DNA of 40,123 nucleotides from a virus (lineage: Duplodnaviria > Heunggongvirae > Uroviricota > Caudoviricetes): IMG/VR virus record IMGVR_UViG_2537562231_000015, positions 1-40,123 of that record; one strand, written 5' to 3'. Shown piece by piece: positions 9,630-19,906 of this stretch. A program made the translations under genes and the position numbers. The number at the start of each line of letters is the position of its first letter. The stretch's first letter is position 1. The notes below the pieces were generated by a model. It was not told the origin of the DNA, did no database searches, and was given only the letters and a program-made list of their open reading frames with translations.

Positions 9630-11396
9630 ATGAACACCACACTGACACCCGCAGATCTCGATCCCCGTCGGCAGGCCATGCTGCTGTACTTTCAGGGATA
9701 CCGCGTAGCCCGCATTGCTGAAATGCTGGGCGAGAAAGTTGCAACCGTTCACAGCTGGAAAAAACGCGACAAGTGGGGTGACTATGGGCCGCTGGATCAG
9801 ATGCAGCTCACCACCGCCGCACGCTACTGCCAGCTCATCATGAAGGAGCACAAAGAAGGGAAAGATTTCAAAGAGATTGACCTGCTGGCGCGCCAGTCTG
9901 AGCGCCACGCGCGGATCGGCAAGTTTAACAATGGCGGCAACGAAGCCGACTTAAACCCTAACGTCGCCAACCGCAACAAAGGCCCGCGTCGTCAGCCGGA
10001 AAAGAACGTTTTCACTGATGAACAGATTGAGAAGCTGGAAGAAATCTTCCATTCCTCCATGTTCAACTACCAGCGCCACTGGTGGGAAGCCGGAAAAACC
10101 AACCGCATCCGCAACCTGCTGAAGTCACGCCAGATCGGCGCGACCTTTTACTTTGCCCGTGAAGCCCTGATTGACGCCCTGCTTACCGGACGTAACCAGA
10201 TTTTCCTTTCTGCCAGTAAGGCACAGGCTCACGTCTTTAAGCAGTACATCATCGACTTCGCCAAAGAAGTCGAGGTGGAGCTGAAAGGCGATCCGATGGT
10301 GCTTCCTAACGGGGCCACGCTTTACTTCCTCGGCACCAATGCCCGCACGGCCCAGAGTTACCACGGCAACCTGTATCTGGATGAATATTTCTGGATACCG
10401 AAATTCCAGGAGCTGCGCAAAGTGGCTTCCGGTATGGCTATTCACAAAAAATGGCGACAAACCTATTTTTCCACGCCATCCAGCCTGACCCACAGTGCTT
10501 ATCCGTTCTGGTCCGGTGCGCTGTTCAACCGTGGGCGCAACAAAGCCGATAAGGTGGACATCGACCTGTCCCACAGCAATCTGGCCCCCGGCCTGCTGTG
10601 CGCAGACGGGCAATACCGCCAGATAGTCACCGTGGAAGATGCGGTGCGCGGCGGCTGTAACCTGTTCGACCTTGACCAGTTGCGCATGGAGTACAGCCCG
10701 GACGAATACCAGAACCTGCTGATGTGCGAGTTTGTGGACGATCTCGCGTCCGTGTTCCCGCTCAGCGAACTGCAGGCGTGCATGGTGGACAGTTGGGAAG
10801 TCTGGACCGACTTTCATGCACTGGCCCTGCGCCCGTTTGGCTGGCGCGAGGTGTGGATCGGTTATGACCCGGCAAAAGGTACGCAGAACGGCGACAGCGC
10901 CGGATGCGTGGTGGTGGCACCGCCAGCCGTGCCGGGCGGTAAGTTCCGCATTCTTGAGCGTCACCAGTGGCGCGGGATGGACTTCCGCGCCCAGGCTGAC
11001 GCCATCAAAAAACTGACTGAACAGTACAACGTGACCTACATCGGCATCGACTCGACAGGTGTCGGCCACGGGGTTTACGAGAACGTGAAAGCGTTTTTTC
11101 CAGCCGTCCGGGAGTTTGTCTACAACCCCAACGTTAAAAACGCCCTGGTACTCAAGGCCTACGACATTATCAGTCACCGCCGTCTGGAGTTTGACGCCGG
11201 GCACACCGACATTGCGCAGTCATTCATGGCAATCCGTCGCGCAACCACCGCCAGTGGCAACCGCCCAACCTATGAAGCCAGCCGCAGCGAAGAAGCCAGC
11301 CACGCCGATCTGGCTTGGGCAACGATGCACGCACTGTTTAACGAACCGCTGCAGGGCGAGTCCGCCAATACCAGCAATATTGTGGAGATTTTTTGA
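9630..11396 (+). CDS. P: Terminase large (ATPase) subunit P
   Basis: 588-aa ORF; N-terminus resembles P2 gpP (RRQAMLLY..QG.RV..IAE); divergent from O. Confidence 0.9.
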   Translation: MNTTLTPADLDPRRQAMLLYFQGYRVARIAEMLGEKVATVHSWKKRDKWGDYGPLDQMQLTTAARYCQLIMKEHKEGKDFKEIDLLARQSERHARIGKFNNGGNEADLNPNVANRNKGPRRQPEKNVFTDEQIEKLEEIFHSSMFNYQRHWWEAGKTNRIRNLLKSRQIGATFYFAREALIDALLTGRNQIFLSASKAQAHVFKQYIIDFAKEVEVELKGDPMVLPNGATLYFLGTNARTAQSYHGNLYLDEYFWIPKFQELRKVASGMAIHKKWRQTYFSTPSSLTHSAYPFWSGALFNRGRNKADKVDIDLSHSNLAPGLLCADGQYRQIVTVEDAVRGGCNLFDLDQLRMEYSPDEYQNLLMCEFVDDLASVFPLSELQACMVDSWEVWTDFHALALRPFGWREVWIGYDPAKGTQNGDSAGCVVVAPPAVPGGKFRILERHQWRGMDFRAQADAIKKLTEQYNVTYIGIDSTGVGHGVYENVKAFFPAVREFVYNPNVKNALVLKAYDIISHRRLEFDAGHTDIAQSFMAIRRATTASGNRPTYEASRSEEASHADLAWATMHALFNEPLQGESANTSNIVEIF

Positions 11397-12430
11397 TGGG
11401 AAAGAGTAAGAAAAACCGCACTGCGGCGACGAATCAGATCCAGCATAAAAACCAGACTACAGCCGAAGCATTCAGCTTCGGCGATCCCGTTCCAGTTCTG
11501 GACCGCCGAGAATTACTGGACTATGTGGAATGCGTACAGATGGACCGTTGGTATGAGCCGCCCGTCAGCTTTGACGGACTGGCGCGCACCTTCCGCGCTG
11601 CCGTGCATCACAGTTCCCCGATTGCAGTAAAGTGCAACATTCTGACCAGTACCTATATCCCTCATCCGCTGCTCAGCCAACAGGCTTTTTCGCGTTTTGT
11701 ACAGGACTATCTGGTATTTGGTAACGCCTATCTGGAGAAACGCACGAACCGCTTCGGTGAAGTTATCGCCCTTGAACCTGCGCTGGCAAAATACACCCGA
11801 CGCGGGTTAGACCTGGATACCTACTGGTTTGTGCAATACGGCATGACCACGCAGCCGTATCAGTTCACGAAAGGCAGCATTTTCCATCTGATGGAACCGG
11901 ACATAAATCAGGAGATCTATGGCCTGCCCGGCTATCTTTCTGCCATTCCGTCAGCCCTGCTCAACGAGTCCGCCACGCTGTTCCGCCGCAAGTATTACAT
12001 TAACGGCAGTCATGCAGGCTTCATCATGTACATGACCGATGCCGCGCAGAACCAGGAGGACGTGAACAACCTTCGCAATGCGATGAAAAGCGCCAAAGGA
12101 CCAGGTAACTTCCGCAATCTGTTTATGTACTCGCCTAATGGTAAAAAAGACGGTCTTCAGATTATCCCGTTGTCAGAAGTCGCAGCGAAGGATGAGTTTC
12201 TGAATATCAAAAACGTGAGCCGTGATGACATGATGGCTGCGCACCGCGTGCCGCCGCAAATGATGGGGATAATGCCTAATAATGTTGGGGGTTTTGGGGA
12301 TGTGGAGAAGGCCGCGAAAGTATTTGTTATGAATGAGTTACTACCAATTCAAAAACATATTCTGCAACTTAATGAATGGGCTAAAAAAAACATCATCTCA
12401 TTCAGTGAATACTCTGTGGAGTGTATGTAA
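11393..12430 (+). CDS. Q: Portal protein Q
   Basis: 345-aa ORF overlapping P stop; P2 gpQ size and position. Confidence 0.9.
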   Translation: MMGKSKKNRTAATNQIQHKNQTTAEAFSFGDPVPVLDRRELLDYVECVQMDRWYEPPVSFDGLARTFRAAVHHSSPIAVKCNILTSTYIPHPLLSQQAFSRFVQDYLVFGNAYLEKRTNRFGEVIALEPALAKYTRRGLDLDTYWFVQYGMTTQPYQFTKGSIFHLMEPDINQEIYGLPGYLSAIPSALLNESATLFRRKYYINGSHAGFIMYMTDAAQNQEDVNNLRNAMKSAKGPGNFRNLFMYSPNGKKDGLQIIPLSEVAAKDEFLNIKNVSRDDMMAAHRVPPQMMGIMPNNVGGFGDVEKAAKVFVMNELLPIQKHILQLNEWAKKNIISFSEYSVECM

Positions 12431-12441
12431 ATTGAATAATG

Positions 12442-12460
12442 GCAGGTACTATACCTGCCA
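12442..12460. terminator. Hairpin between convergent Q and the GmrSD-like gene
   Basis: GGCAGGTA-cta-TACCTGCC 8-bp stem; U-rich tract only moderate on either strand. Confidence 0.4.
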
Positions 12461-12466
12461 CTGAAC

Positions 12467-14248
12467 TTATATTTTAGCAAACGTTTCTAACGCCAAGCTA
12501 TCTGTTCTTTCTTTTATTAATGAATCATCCCATTTATGTTCTCTTGCTTCTGACTCACTAACAAACTCTGTAACTAATTTTAAATCAGATTTTTTATAAG
12601 ATTCTATTTTTTTGTGCAACTCATAATTCTTGCAATCTTCATTAAGTGAAAAACAGAGTGGTAGTAAATTACCAATCATACCCACGACTGACTCGTTAGT
12701 TTTGCTTTGAGATGATATGTGTTCCAAAGAAACTATATCCATTTTTAACTCTCGCGTCCCTCGTCTGATACGTTCCAACTTGTCAAAAATATAAACAATC
12801 AACTTCCTTTGCCCAGACTTTTTATTTGTATAAACAATATTCTTTGAAAATGCTTGTTTGAATATATTTTCTGAAGGCCCTTTCTGTGTAAAATAATCTA
12901 ATGCGTCATTAATAACACCCTCAACATCTCTTTTATTTAATGCCTTATTCATTCTTACTGCTAATACAGAATATTTTGCATCGATTCCAGATGGTCTTAG
13001 ACGACATACTGCATTAAACTTAAAGTGAAATGACTCTAAGGACTTCAAACATTCTATCAGCATTGATTGTGTAAGGGCTCTCGGTTTCTCTTTACGTTTT
13101 CTAAGTAATGAGAGTACAAATGGTCGAGGAATACTCACATTAAAAATCTCGAATGCTTTTAACGAGTTGTAAATTTCACGCTGATCAGGTTGAGGCCAGT
13201 CATCTGTATTTGGCGCTATTATTTTACAGTATAATTCAACATCATCATATAATTCGTTCAGAAATGATGCTGATGACAATAAAGTATTCTCATCTTGAAT
13301 CTCACGTTTAAAAGCACGATAAAGTTGATCTTCTCCAATATAATTATACTTAGAAAGCCACCACGTTCTAATATAATCAGCAATAGTGCTATTACTATCC
13401 CTAGACTCAATTTGAGTAACGATATAATCCCATTTTGTTTTTGCAATATCTACCGGATATGTTTGAGTGCAAGTTTGGAATACTTTATTCTTTATCAAAT
13501 CAATTGAACTTAAGTTTATCCCTCGAGCATTCAACACTTCAAAAATATCATAAGCATCATCCTCCTTACCTACAGATATTTTTACCAACTTCAAATAATT
13601 GGTAATCATTCTATATACAGCAGTCAAACAAAATATATAATCTTGGTTATTATAATGTTTTGCACCATCTCGCAACAATGCAGAACAGAGTGATTTCCTC
13701 CCTAGTTTTCTAGAAAGAAAAATTCCTGCATAACTTATACGTACATCCTCTTCACAAGATTCATCAACTTGATGCTCTTCGCGATCTTGATATTTTAACT
13801 TAAAATATGTTCTATCGCTATTTTTTGCTAATTTTTCAATAAATGTCTCACCATTTGAGGCTAATTGGCTTCTGCTAAATGTAGGACTCACAGTAACGAT
13901 ATATGTTTTAAATATATCATCCGCTAATGAATCTTGCCCTAAGGAACGCAATTTACGCGATATTAATGAAAGCAATATAGTAATAACTGAAAATCGTTGT
14001 TGTCCATCAACCACTTCTAATACATCATCACTATCTGCTCCAGAAAGAACAATAGTCCCTATAAAATATTCTGAACACTCCAAGTTCTGTCCATCTTCAT
14101 TCAACCTTATGTTTCTGACAATATCTTGCCATAATTCTTCAAGCTGAAGCTTTTCCCAACTAAACTCACGTTGATTACGTGGAATAACATATCTTTGTTT
14201 TACAGATAGAATGTTTTTTATATTTAGTGGTGTTGCATCAAAATTCAT
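12467..14248 (-). CDS. GmrSD-family (DUF262/ParB-like N-terminal, DUF1524-like C-terminal) putative modification-dependent nuclease
   Basis: 593-aa ORF; N-terminal YVIPRNQREFSW and VVDGQQR motifs typical of DUF262; C-terminal LEHI...GNLLPL resembles the DUF1524 His-Me finger; markedly AT-rich versus flanking phage genes. Confidence 0.65.
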   Translation of the reverse strand: MNFDATPLNIKNILSVKQRYVIPRNQREFSWEKLQLEELWQDIVRNIRLNEDGQNLECSEYFIGTIVLSGADSDDVLEVVDGQQRFSVITILLSLISRKLRSLGQDSLADDIFKTYIVTVSPTFSRSQLASNGETFIEKLAKNSDRTYFKLKYQDREEHQVDESCEEDVRISYAGIFLSRKLGRKSLCSALLRDGAKHYNNQDYIFCLTAVYRMITNYLKLVKISVGKEDDAYDIFEVLNARGINLSSIDLIKNKVFQTCTQTYPVDIAKTKWDYIVTQIESRDSNSTIADYIRTWWLSKYNYIGEDQLYRAFKREIQDENTLLSSASFLNELYDDVELYCKIIAPNTDDWPQPDQREIYNSLKAFEIFNVSIPRPFVLSLLRKRKEKPRALTQSMLIECLKSLESFHFKFNAVCRLRPSGIDAKYSVLAVRMNKALNKRDVEGVINDALDYFTQKGPSENIFKQAFSKNIVYTNKKSGQRKLIVYIFDKLERIRRGTRELKMDIVSLEHISSQSKTNESVVGMIGNLLPLCFSLNEDCKNYELHKKIESYKKSDLKLVTEFVSESEAREHKWDDSLIKERTDSLALETFAKI

Positions 14249-14368
14249 AACTTATCCTCAGAGACAACAAATTGATAATAATGTCCTATTCAAATGGCTA
14301 ATGATATGACATAAAAAAAGAAAAATGCAATGTACTACAAGAATATCAGTAAACGTTTCTAGCGCGCG

Positions 14369-14387
14369 CTCGTATCCCCGCCACGCC
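14369..14387 (-). other. cos site of the P2/186-like prophage (19-nt cohesive-end sequence)
   Basis: Minus strand reads GGCGTGGCGGGGATACGAG flanked by AAAGCGGGC and CGCGCGC, homologous to P2 cos GGCGAGGCGGGGAAAGCAC and oriented toward Q. Confidence 0.6.
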
Positions 14388-14432
14388 TGCCCGCTTTATG
14401 TAGTGGTTTTCATGCAGGTGCATGATCTACGC

Positions 14433-14458
14433 AAAAGCCCGCCAGTTCCGGCGGGCTT
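14433..14458 (-). terminator. Putative intrinsic terminator
   Basis: AAGCCCGCC/GGCGGGCTT 9-bp stem; on the minus strand followed by TTTTG. Confidence 0.4.
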
Positions 14459-14727
14459 CAGCTAAAACGATCCTCAAACGATCATGCGGATTCATGCGGC
14501 ATAGACATGCACCTGTGCGCCTTTAATCAAACATGGAATAATTATTTGTTCAGCGGGAGTAGCAATATAGCGGCGGCTATTGGTTTAGAAGGGCTTATGA
14601 TGACTGTTTTTGGTTAGAGTTTGAACGCCCAACATCGCCGGGCGGTGGTATTACTACATCATGGCAATGAGAAGGGGTGAACCCTTTGCCAGTTTGTCCG
14701 ACGATGATATCCATCCAGAGTAAGCGT

Positions 14728-15387
14728 TTATTCTGTTGAGATTGTAGATATTTCGGCTTGTTTTTTCTCTATGTACATCCGACATTCCGCAAGGCATTTA
14801 CCTACGGCACCACCGAAGTTTGGCCCTGACGAAAGCAGCAATGCATCGACATTCTTGATTGATTCAAAGAAGGAAGGTGAGGTTTCTGGATTAAGGTATG
14901 TCATCAATAACATCCTTGCTGAAAGGGTGCGATGCGATGATGTAATGTAGCTTTCATGCGCTGCATTTCTCTTATCAATAAAATCGTTATTACCCTTAAG
15001 AATGTAATCCATTGCAAGGTTATAATCGTTTTTGTACCTATTAGATTCAAGCGCTAAGGATAGGTACTGGGCACATGATTCCCGCACGTTCCGACATTCT
15101 TCTTTTTTTATCTCAATTTCCGTAGCAATTTGAGTTTGCACTTTCAGTGCTTTGGTTTGCTGCGCAATATTTTTGTCGAATTCAGATGATTGCCGTTTTG
15201 AGGTGATTTCAAATTGGCGGTGTGAACGATTCATAGCCCGCCATGCAACAAAAGCAGTTGCCGCAGCTGGCAGAACAGCTTTTGCGAGGTCAAACCATGG
15301 AGTCAGGGGCTCCTTTTGACTCGCAATTTGTACCGTTACCACGTCTTTAGCGGGCTTCAGTACTTCCAATAACTGAATGATGTCCAT
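14728..15387 (-). CDS. Hypothetical protein with one predicted transmembrane helix (cargo gene in the old/tin position)
   Basis: 219-aa ORF; hydrophobic segment LAKAVLPAAATAFVAWRAM; no family recognised; lies between cos and the tum/DinI module. Confidence 0.5.
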   Translation of the reverse strand: MDIIQLLEVLKPAKDVVTVQIASQKEPLTPWFDLAKAVLPAAATAFVAWRAMNRSHRQFEITSKRQSSEFDKNIAQQTKALKVQTQIATEIEIKKEECRNVRESCAQYLSLALESNRYKNDYNLAMDYILKGNNDFIDKRNAAHESYITSSHRTLSARMLLMTYLNPETSPSFFESIKNVDALLLSSGPNFGGAVGKCLAECRMYIEKKQAEISTISTE

Positions 15388-15588
15388 TGCCTTTTTCCTG
15401 AGAAAAAGAAACCATCATAGCAAAAAGCCTGCCGCTTGCTAGGGGCTTCCCGCGCCTAACCCTTCACGAAATTGAATCCTCTCCGGCCTTTTCGTTATCT
15501 GTCCGCATTGAGGGCGGCTAACGCCTCGCACGGCTCGTTGTTCAACCTTGCTGGCGCCAGAAGCAAGTTCAGACGCCAGCAACGTTTC

Positions 15589-15822
15589 TTAATGCAGCCA
15601 GCTGTCGTCTTCCCACACCTTCTGCATAATTTTCATCACTTGTTTTCTTTCTTCGTCCAGTTGCAGTCCGGTCAGTTCCACACCGTTAGAGCTACCTTTG
15701 CGGATACGAATTACCGTTTTGGGATACAGGGGGCGCAGATTGCGGTAAAGCTCGGATTCAAGGGCGTCCAGGATAGACTGGCTAATCTTCTGCTCTTTAT
15801 CGATCATTATTTCAATGCGCAT
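15589..15822 (-). CDS. DinI-family protein
   Basis: ORF 15589..15894 trimmed to MRIEIMIDK... preceded by GAGGTGA; aligns along its length with E. coli DinI (MRIEV.I.K...IDAL..EL...WE...W). Confidence 0.8.
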   Translation of the reverse strand: MRIEIMIDKEQKISQSILDALESELYRNLRPLYPKTVIRIRKGSSNGVELTGLQLDEERKQVMKIMQKVWEDDSWLH

Positions 15823-15832
15823 AAAAGTCACC

Positions 15833-16021
15833 TCAACTGATGACATCCATTGAGCGGTTGTATTCGTGGGTTCTGATTTTTGCCATGAGTTCATCTGTTA
15901 GTTCAGAAACCCACTGCAAAGCCAGCCCCTTCTCTTCATCACTACACTCACTAGCCGCTACAAGCTTAAGAAAAAAATCAATGCGCTGGAGCTTCAAAGA
16001 CTCCAAAAAATAGTCCTGCAT
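15833..16021 (-). CDS. Small protein, possible Tum-like antirepressor N-terminal module
   Basis: 62-aa ORF starting MQDYF with GGAGGAAAG SD; LexA box immediately upstream; overlaps the DinI-like start by 11 nt in another frame. Confidence 0.45.
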   Translation of the reverse strand: MQDYFLESLKLQRIDFFLKLVAASECSDEEKGLALQWVSELTDELMAKIRTHEYNRSMDVIS

Positions 16022-16064
16022 CTTTCCTCCTATGACACCACAAGAAATACTGTATACATAACCA

Positions 16065-16080
16065 CTGTTTATATTTACAG
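16065..16080. promoter_or_regulatory. LexA box (SOS operator)
   Basis: CTGTTTATATTTACAG fits CTGT-N8-ACAG, about 45 bp upstream of the MQDYF start. Confidence 0.6.
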
Positions 16081-16174
16081 TATATAATAATCTTACTGAT
16101 GTAAAACGTTTTTTTACGTTCATCAGCCTGATATTCCTGGTATTATTAAGAGCACGAATTGTTAACCCGCGTAA

Positions 16175-18589
16175 TTAATACAGGTTCCGCCACTTATCAT
16201 CTTCCCGCAAACGCTGGTTCCGATAGAAGATACGCAAGCCTGCTCCTGACGGAATACTGCCACCGCGAAGGAGCAAATCGACTTCTTTCTCGCTGCCATC
16301 AAATCCTCTGGACTTCAGTTCATAGACGAGCTGCTGATGCTGATGATCTGTAATTCGCTGTTTGTAGTCTTTACGCCGTTTCGGTTTCACCAAGCGCAAC
16401 CTTGCTGCCAGCTCCCGGCGATCTTTTTTGCTCATACTGTGCAGGTAATCGTGCAATTCCTTGTCATCCATGCGGGTAATGTCCGTTCTGGAGCCCCCAT
16501 CAGCTGATTTGTCTTTCCCTTGTTGGTACAAATTTTCAGCAAGGGGACAGTTATTGCCACGAGTCCAAGGGGCGCAAGCGCCCTGGTCGGCTGCCGCCTC
16601 CTGAACGTCAACGGCTTTACGAACCATTTTCCACTTCACTGCATGAGTGCAGATCTTGCCCTCTGCAATGGGTGACCAGATGCCATAAATACGAATACCG
16701 TGATCGCCATAGGCGGTCGGCTCTTCGTTAATTTCATAAGCAGTTCTGATGAGGTGATATTTACGGGGAACCAGTACACCTCCCTGCTTCATGATATAGG
16801 TGGCAAAACAACCAGCATCAGCAGCAGCCAGAATGGCATCAAGGCGCGGGTTATCCAGTACCGGCACACCTGCTTTTTTGTCACCCTGCTGCCTTGCCGC
16901 CTGACCAGCCAGCAATCGCAGTTCACGGTAAGCCTGACGCCCCGGAATGCCAAAGAAGCGGAATTGCTGAACACGATGCAAAGACGCCCAGGCATTCACG
17001 TATTCAGCATTATCACGCAGAGATTTACCCGTTTCCTTGCTGATCTCGCCAGCCAGACCACGCCCGTCAATGTTCTTGCTGATATATTTCGCGATGTAGC
17101 TTGTCGGCGTTCCTTTGCGCGGGTTAATCAACTCAGACTTAAAGCGTGGTCCCGTGTTATTCCCCAGCTCCTCGCGGTCTTCACGAATGGCAAACTTACG
17201 CAACAAAGCAGTAATGGCGCGGCGATCTTTTTTGCGCATAAAACACAACAGGTGCCAGTGAACTGTACCGTCATGATGCGGCTCAGCCACCCGCACGCCA
17301 TACCAGCGCAATCCGGCTTTGTGCATAGCCTTACGAAATGCAGCAAACATGCCGACCAGATAATCGCTGCTTTGTCTTACTGTCGCGTTGGTCCAGGTCG
17401 GGTTTGGCCTGCCGTTATTTAGCGTGGAATGGAAACGTGACGGACAGGTGATGGTGTAGAAAACGGCGCAGTCACCACGCATTTCCGCGATAAGCTCCAG
17501 ACCTTTAACGCAGGCCATCATCTCATTGCGGCGATGCGCCGGGTTGCTGCTGCTGGCGTTTACCACATCCTCCATGTCCAGCATGTCGCCGTCTTCGTTC
17601 ACCAGTTCATGAGAACGGAAAAACTCCAGCGACTTACGGCGCTGCTCACGTTTATGCATCACGGCTTCATAGCTGACATAGGGAGATGCTTTTTTGCTGA
17701 CCAGACAGACAGCACGCAACTGCTCTTCCCGCCATTCGCAACGCATCTTCCATAATTTCCGATACCACCAGTCGGCGCACAGCATACGCGCCAGCGAACC
17801 CGGAATGAGTTCATAGGGCACAGGTTTGCGGCGGTTTCTTTTCCGGCGGAGTTGCTCAAACGCAGGCGGTATGACATCCAGTCGCAGGGTTTCTGCTGCC
17901 ACCTTTTCCCATGTCTTGCGGATTTCTTCCGGCTTAACATCATCGGAGGCGTACAAATCACCACAAGCGGCATCAAGACACATGCTCATATGCGCAGCGA
18001 CAAGGGTGGACAGGCGTTTCACCTGATCCTGACTCATTTCAGGCAGGATCAGCAGACCGTCCAGCCCTTCATGGCTTGCCATAAAACGAAAAGATGCAGA
18101 TAGCTGGCTGTCGCGTACATGCTCCAGTCGTTCCAGGCATGGCTTAATCGTCTCACGCAAATAGCGGGAATAAGCCTTTGGCCTGCCCAGGTTGCTGAAG
18201 TATTTAATACGTTGCATCAGCGGCTTGCTGATATGGGAAGGCTGGGCGTTGACATCCGCCAGAATGACCATATCCGGATTAAAACGCTGCTGCTCATGCG
18301 CCAGCTTTGCCCGGCTAATTAGCTTATCCTGCTCCATTTCGCGCTGGACAGGATCACGGGATTCATTAAAGAAATAACGCTCCCAGACCTGATCACTCAG
18401 TGCCTCGCGGCGCAGTTGTTCCTGCTCGTTATCGGCAGCGTACAGAGTGATCAGGTTTGAAAGCGCAGAAACCGGCGCAACTTCCGCCGGGTCCAGATAA
18501 GGGTTAATGGCCTTTTTCGGGCTGTTCCATGAGAATGCTGCGGCAGCCTCGTTAAAGCCGCAGCAGTTGTTCATATCGGCATGACTCAT
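16175..18589 (-). CDS. A: Replication initiation protein A (rolling-circle nicking endonuclease)
   Basis: 804-aa ORF; contains [19 protein letters not shown] and [12 protein letters not shown] matching conserved P2 gpA motifs. Confidence 0.9.
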   Translation of the reverse strand: MSHADMNNCCGFNEAAAAFSWNSPKKAINPYLDPAEVAPVSALSNLITLYAADNEQEQLRREALSDQVWERYFFNESRDPVQREMEQDKLISRAKLAHEQQRFNPDMVILADVNAQPSHISKPLMQRIKYFSNLGRPKAYSRYLRETIKPCLERLEHVRDSQLSASFRFMASHEGLDGLLILPEMSQDQVKRLSTLVAAHMSMCLDAACGDLYASDDVKPEEIRKTWEKVAAETLRLDVIPPAFEQLRRKRNRRKPVPYELIPGSLARMLCADWWYRKLWKMRCEWREEQLRAVCLVSKKASPYVSYEAVMHKREQRRKSLEFFRSHELVNEDGDMLDMEDVVNASSSNPAHRRNEMMACVKGLELIAEMRGDCAVFYTITCPSRFHSTLNNGRPNPTWTNATVRQSSDYLVGMFAAFRKAMHKAGLRWYGVRVAEPHHDGTVHWHLLCFMRKKDRRAITALLRKFAIREDREELGNNTGPRFKSELINPRKGTPTSYIAKYISKNIDGRGLAGEISKETGKSLRDNAEYVNAWASLHRVQQFRFFGIPGRQAYRELRLLAGQAARQQGDKKAGVPVLDNPRLDAILAAADAGCFATYIMKQGGVLVPRKYHLIRTAYEINEEPTAYGDHGIRIYGIWSPIAEGKICTHAVKWKMVRKAVDVQEAAADQGACAPWTRGNNCPLAENLYQQGKDKSADGGSRTDITRMDDKELHDYLHSMSKKDRRELAARLRLVKPKRRKDYKQRITDHQHQQLVYELKSRGFDGSEKEVDLLLRGGSIPSGAGLRIFYRNQRLREDDKWRNLY

Positions 18590-19443
18590 GCACGTACTCC
18601 GTACACGGCAGAACTGTCCACGCCACGCGAATAATCAAATCCCACCCAGCAGCGCGGCCCGGAAACAGCAATGATTTCTGTTGCTGATTTACCCTCGCCA
18701 GCTGCCACACCGATGCTGCGTTTTGCTTTGATGTAGTGGTGGGTGAAATTGCGATACAACGAACGGATCAGGGATGTGTCACTGTTAGAAACAATGACCG
18801 GATGTCCTTCTGATAACCGATGTTCAAGAACGGATGCCAGGTGATACTGGTCATCTTCAGTGAAACCATCAGTGTGATAGCCGGAAAACGTACCGTCATA
18901 CGGCGGATCGCAATACACCACATCCCCCGCCTTCAACATCGCCAGCGTTTCATCAAAGCTGGCGCAGATAAACGTTGCTCGCTGGGCTTTTTCTGCAAAT
19001 GCGCGAATTTCTTTTTCAGGGAAATACGGATTTTTATAATTACCGTAGGGAATGTTGAAATGCCCGCTCTTGTTATAGCGACATAAACCACGGTAACCGT
19101 GACGATTGAGATACAGGAAATATACCGCTTTCATGAAATCAGTAATTTCAGTTGAGTAATTAAACTCCTGCCTTATGTTGTAATAAGCCACCTCCCTGTT
19201 TGCTTCCTCAAATAAAGCTCTGGCGCGAGATATAAACGATTCACAATCAGCAGCAACCTTTTTATAGAGGTTGATTAAATCAGGATTAATATCCGCAACA
19301 AGATAGCTGGGGTACTCCGTCTCCATCATCACAGCACAGGAACCCGCGAAAGGTTCAACCAGTCGCGGGCCAGCAGGAAGATGCTTTTTCAGTTCGGACA
19401 TAATGGCGGTTTTATTTCCCGCCCATTTCAGGATGGTGCTCAT
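18586..19443 (-). CDS. dam: DNA adenine methyltransferase (Dam-like)
   Basis: ORF 18586..19503 trimmed to [11 protein letters not shown]; Dam-like N-terminus and DPPY motif ([10 protein letters not shown]); ATGA overlap with upstream ORF. Confidence 0.85.
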   Translation of the reverse strand: MSTILKWAGNKTAIMSELKKHLPAGPRLVEPFAGSCAVMMETEYPSYLVADINPDLINLYKKVAADCESFISRARALFEEANREVAYYNIRQEFNYSTEITDFMKAVYFLYLNRHGYRGLCRYNKSGHFNIPYGNYKNPYFPEKEIRAFAEKAQRATFICASFDETLAMLKAGDVVYCDPPYDGTFSGYHTDGFTEDDQYHLASVLEHRLSEGHPVIVSNSDTSLIRSLYRNFTHHYIKAKRSIGVAAGEGKSATEIIAVSGPRCWVGFDYSRGVDSSAVYGVRA

Positions 19444-19667
19444 ACAGCACCTCCGTTGTAATGTTTGCCTTTCAGCTCTGCGATTTCCTGACAGGTAATG
19501 CAAAGCTGCACACCCGGAATGGCGCGGCGGCGTGCTGGCGGAATTGGCGCTTCACACTCAATGCAAAGCACGCGGGACACGCCCGGCGTTTTGGCACGGG
19601 CAGAACGGATATGGCGCTGGCGTTCTTCTTCAACGCGCTGCTGTACGAGATCCATTGCATCAGCCAT
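19440..19667 (-). CDS. TraR/DksA-type C4 zinc-finger protein
   Basis: 75-aa ORF with CIECEAPIPPARRRAIPGVQLCITCQ four-cysteine motif. Confidence 0.6.
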   Translation of the reverse strand: MADAMDLVQQRVEEERQRHIRSARAKTPGVSRVLCIECEAPIPPARRRAIPGVQLCITCQEIAELKGKHYNGGAV

Positions 19668-19906
19668 TAGTGGATCTCCTGCGCTTCGTTCTGGATTGCT
19701 TCAGCTGCCACACGCAGCAGTTCAGCCGCTTCAACGTGGTTTAGCTGGCGGGATGTGATATGGCACGCAAGGCTATCAAGGCGAGCTGCCATTGCTTCAG
19801 CTCTTGCCCGGCGTTCTTCCAGACGAGCCTCTGTCAGTAAAATATTAAGCCCTGCATCATCCGGTCCGGTTTTAGTCGTGAGGGTTTCAATATTACGCAT
19901 AATCAA
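19667..19906 (-). CDS. Hypothetical early protein
   Basis: 79-aa ORF co-oriented in the early operon; no family recognised. Confidence 0.35.
   Translation of the reverse strand: MIMRNIETLTTKTGPDDAGLNILLTEARLEERRARAEAMAARLDSLACHITSRQLNHVEAAELLRVAAEAIQNEAQEIH

Noticed and set aside
10125-11204. 359-aa minus-strand ORF
   Set aside because: Entirely antisense to terminase large subunit P, which has clear homology on the plus strand; no start context or homology.
15387-15589. Hairpin GCTGGCG...CGCCAGC as a terminator downstream of the DinI-like gene
   Set aside because: No U-tract follows on the relevant strand and the loop is long; not convincing.
16700-17422. 240-aa plus-strand ORF
   Set aside because: Antisense within replicase A; the A reading frame carries the conserved HHDG..HWH motifs.
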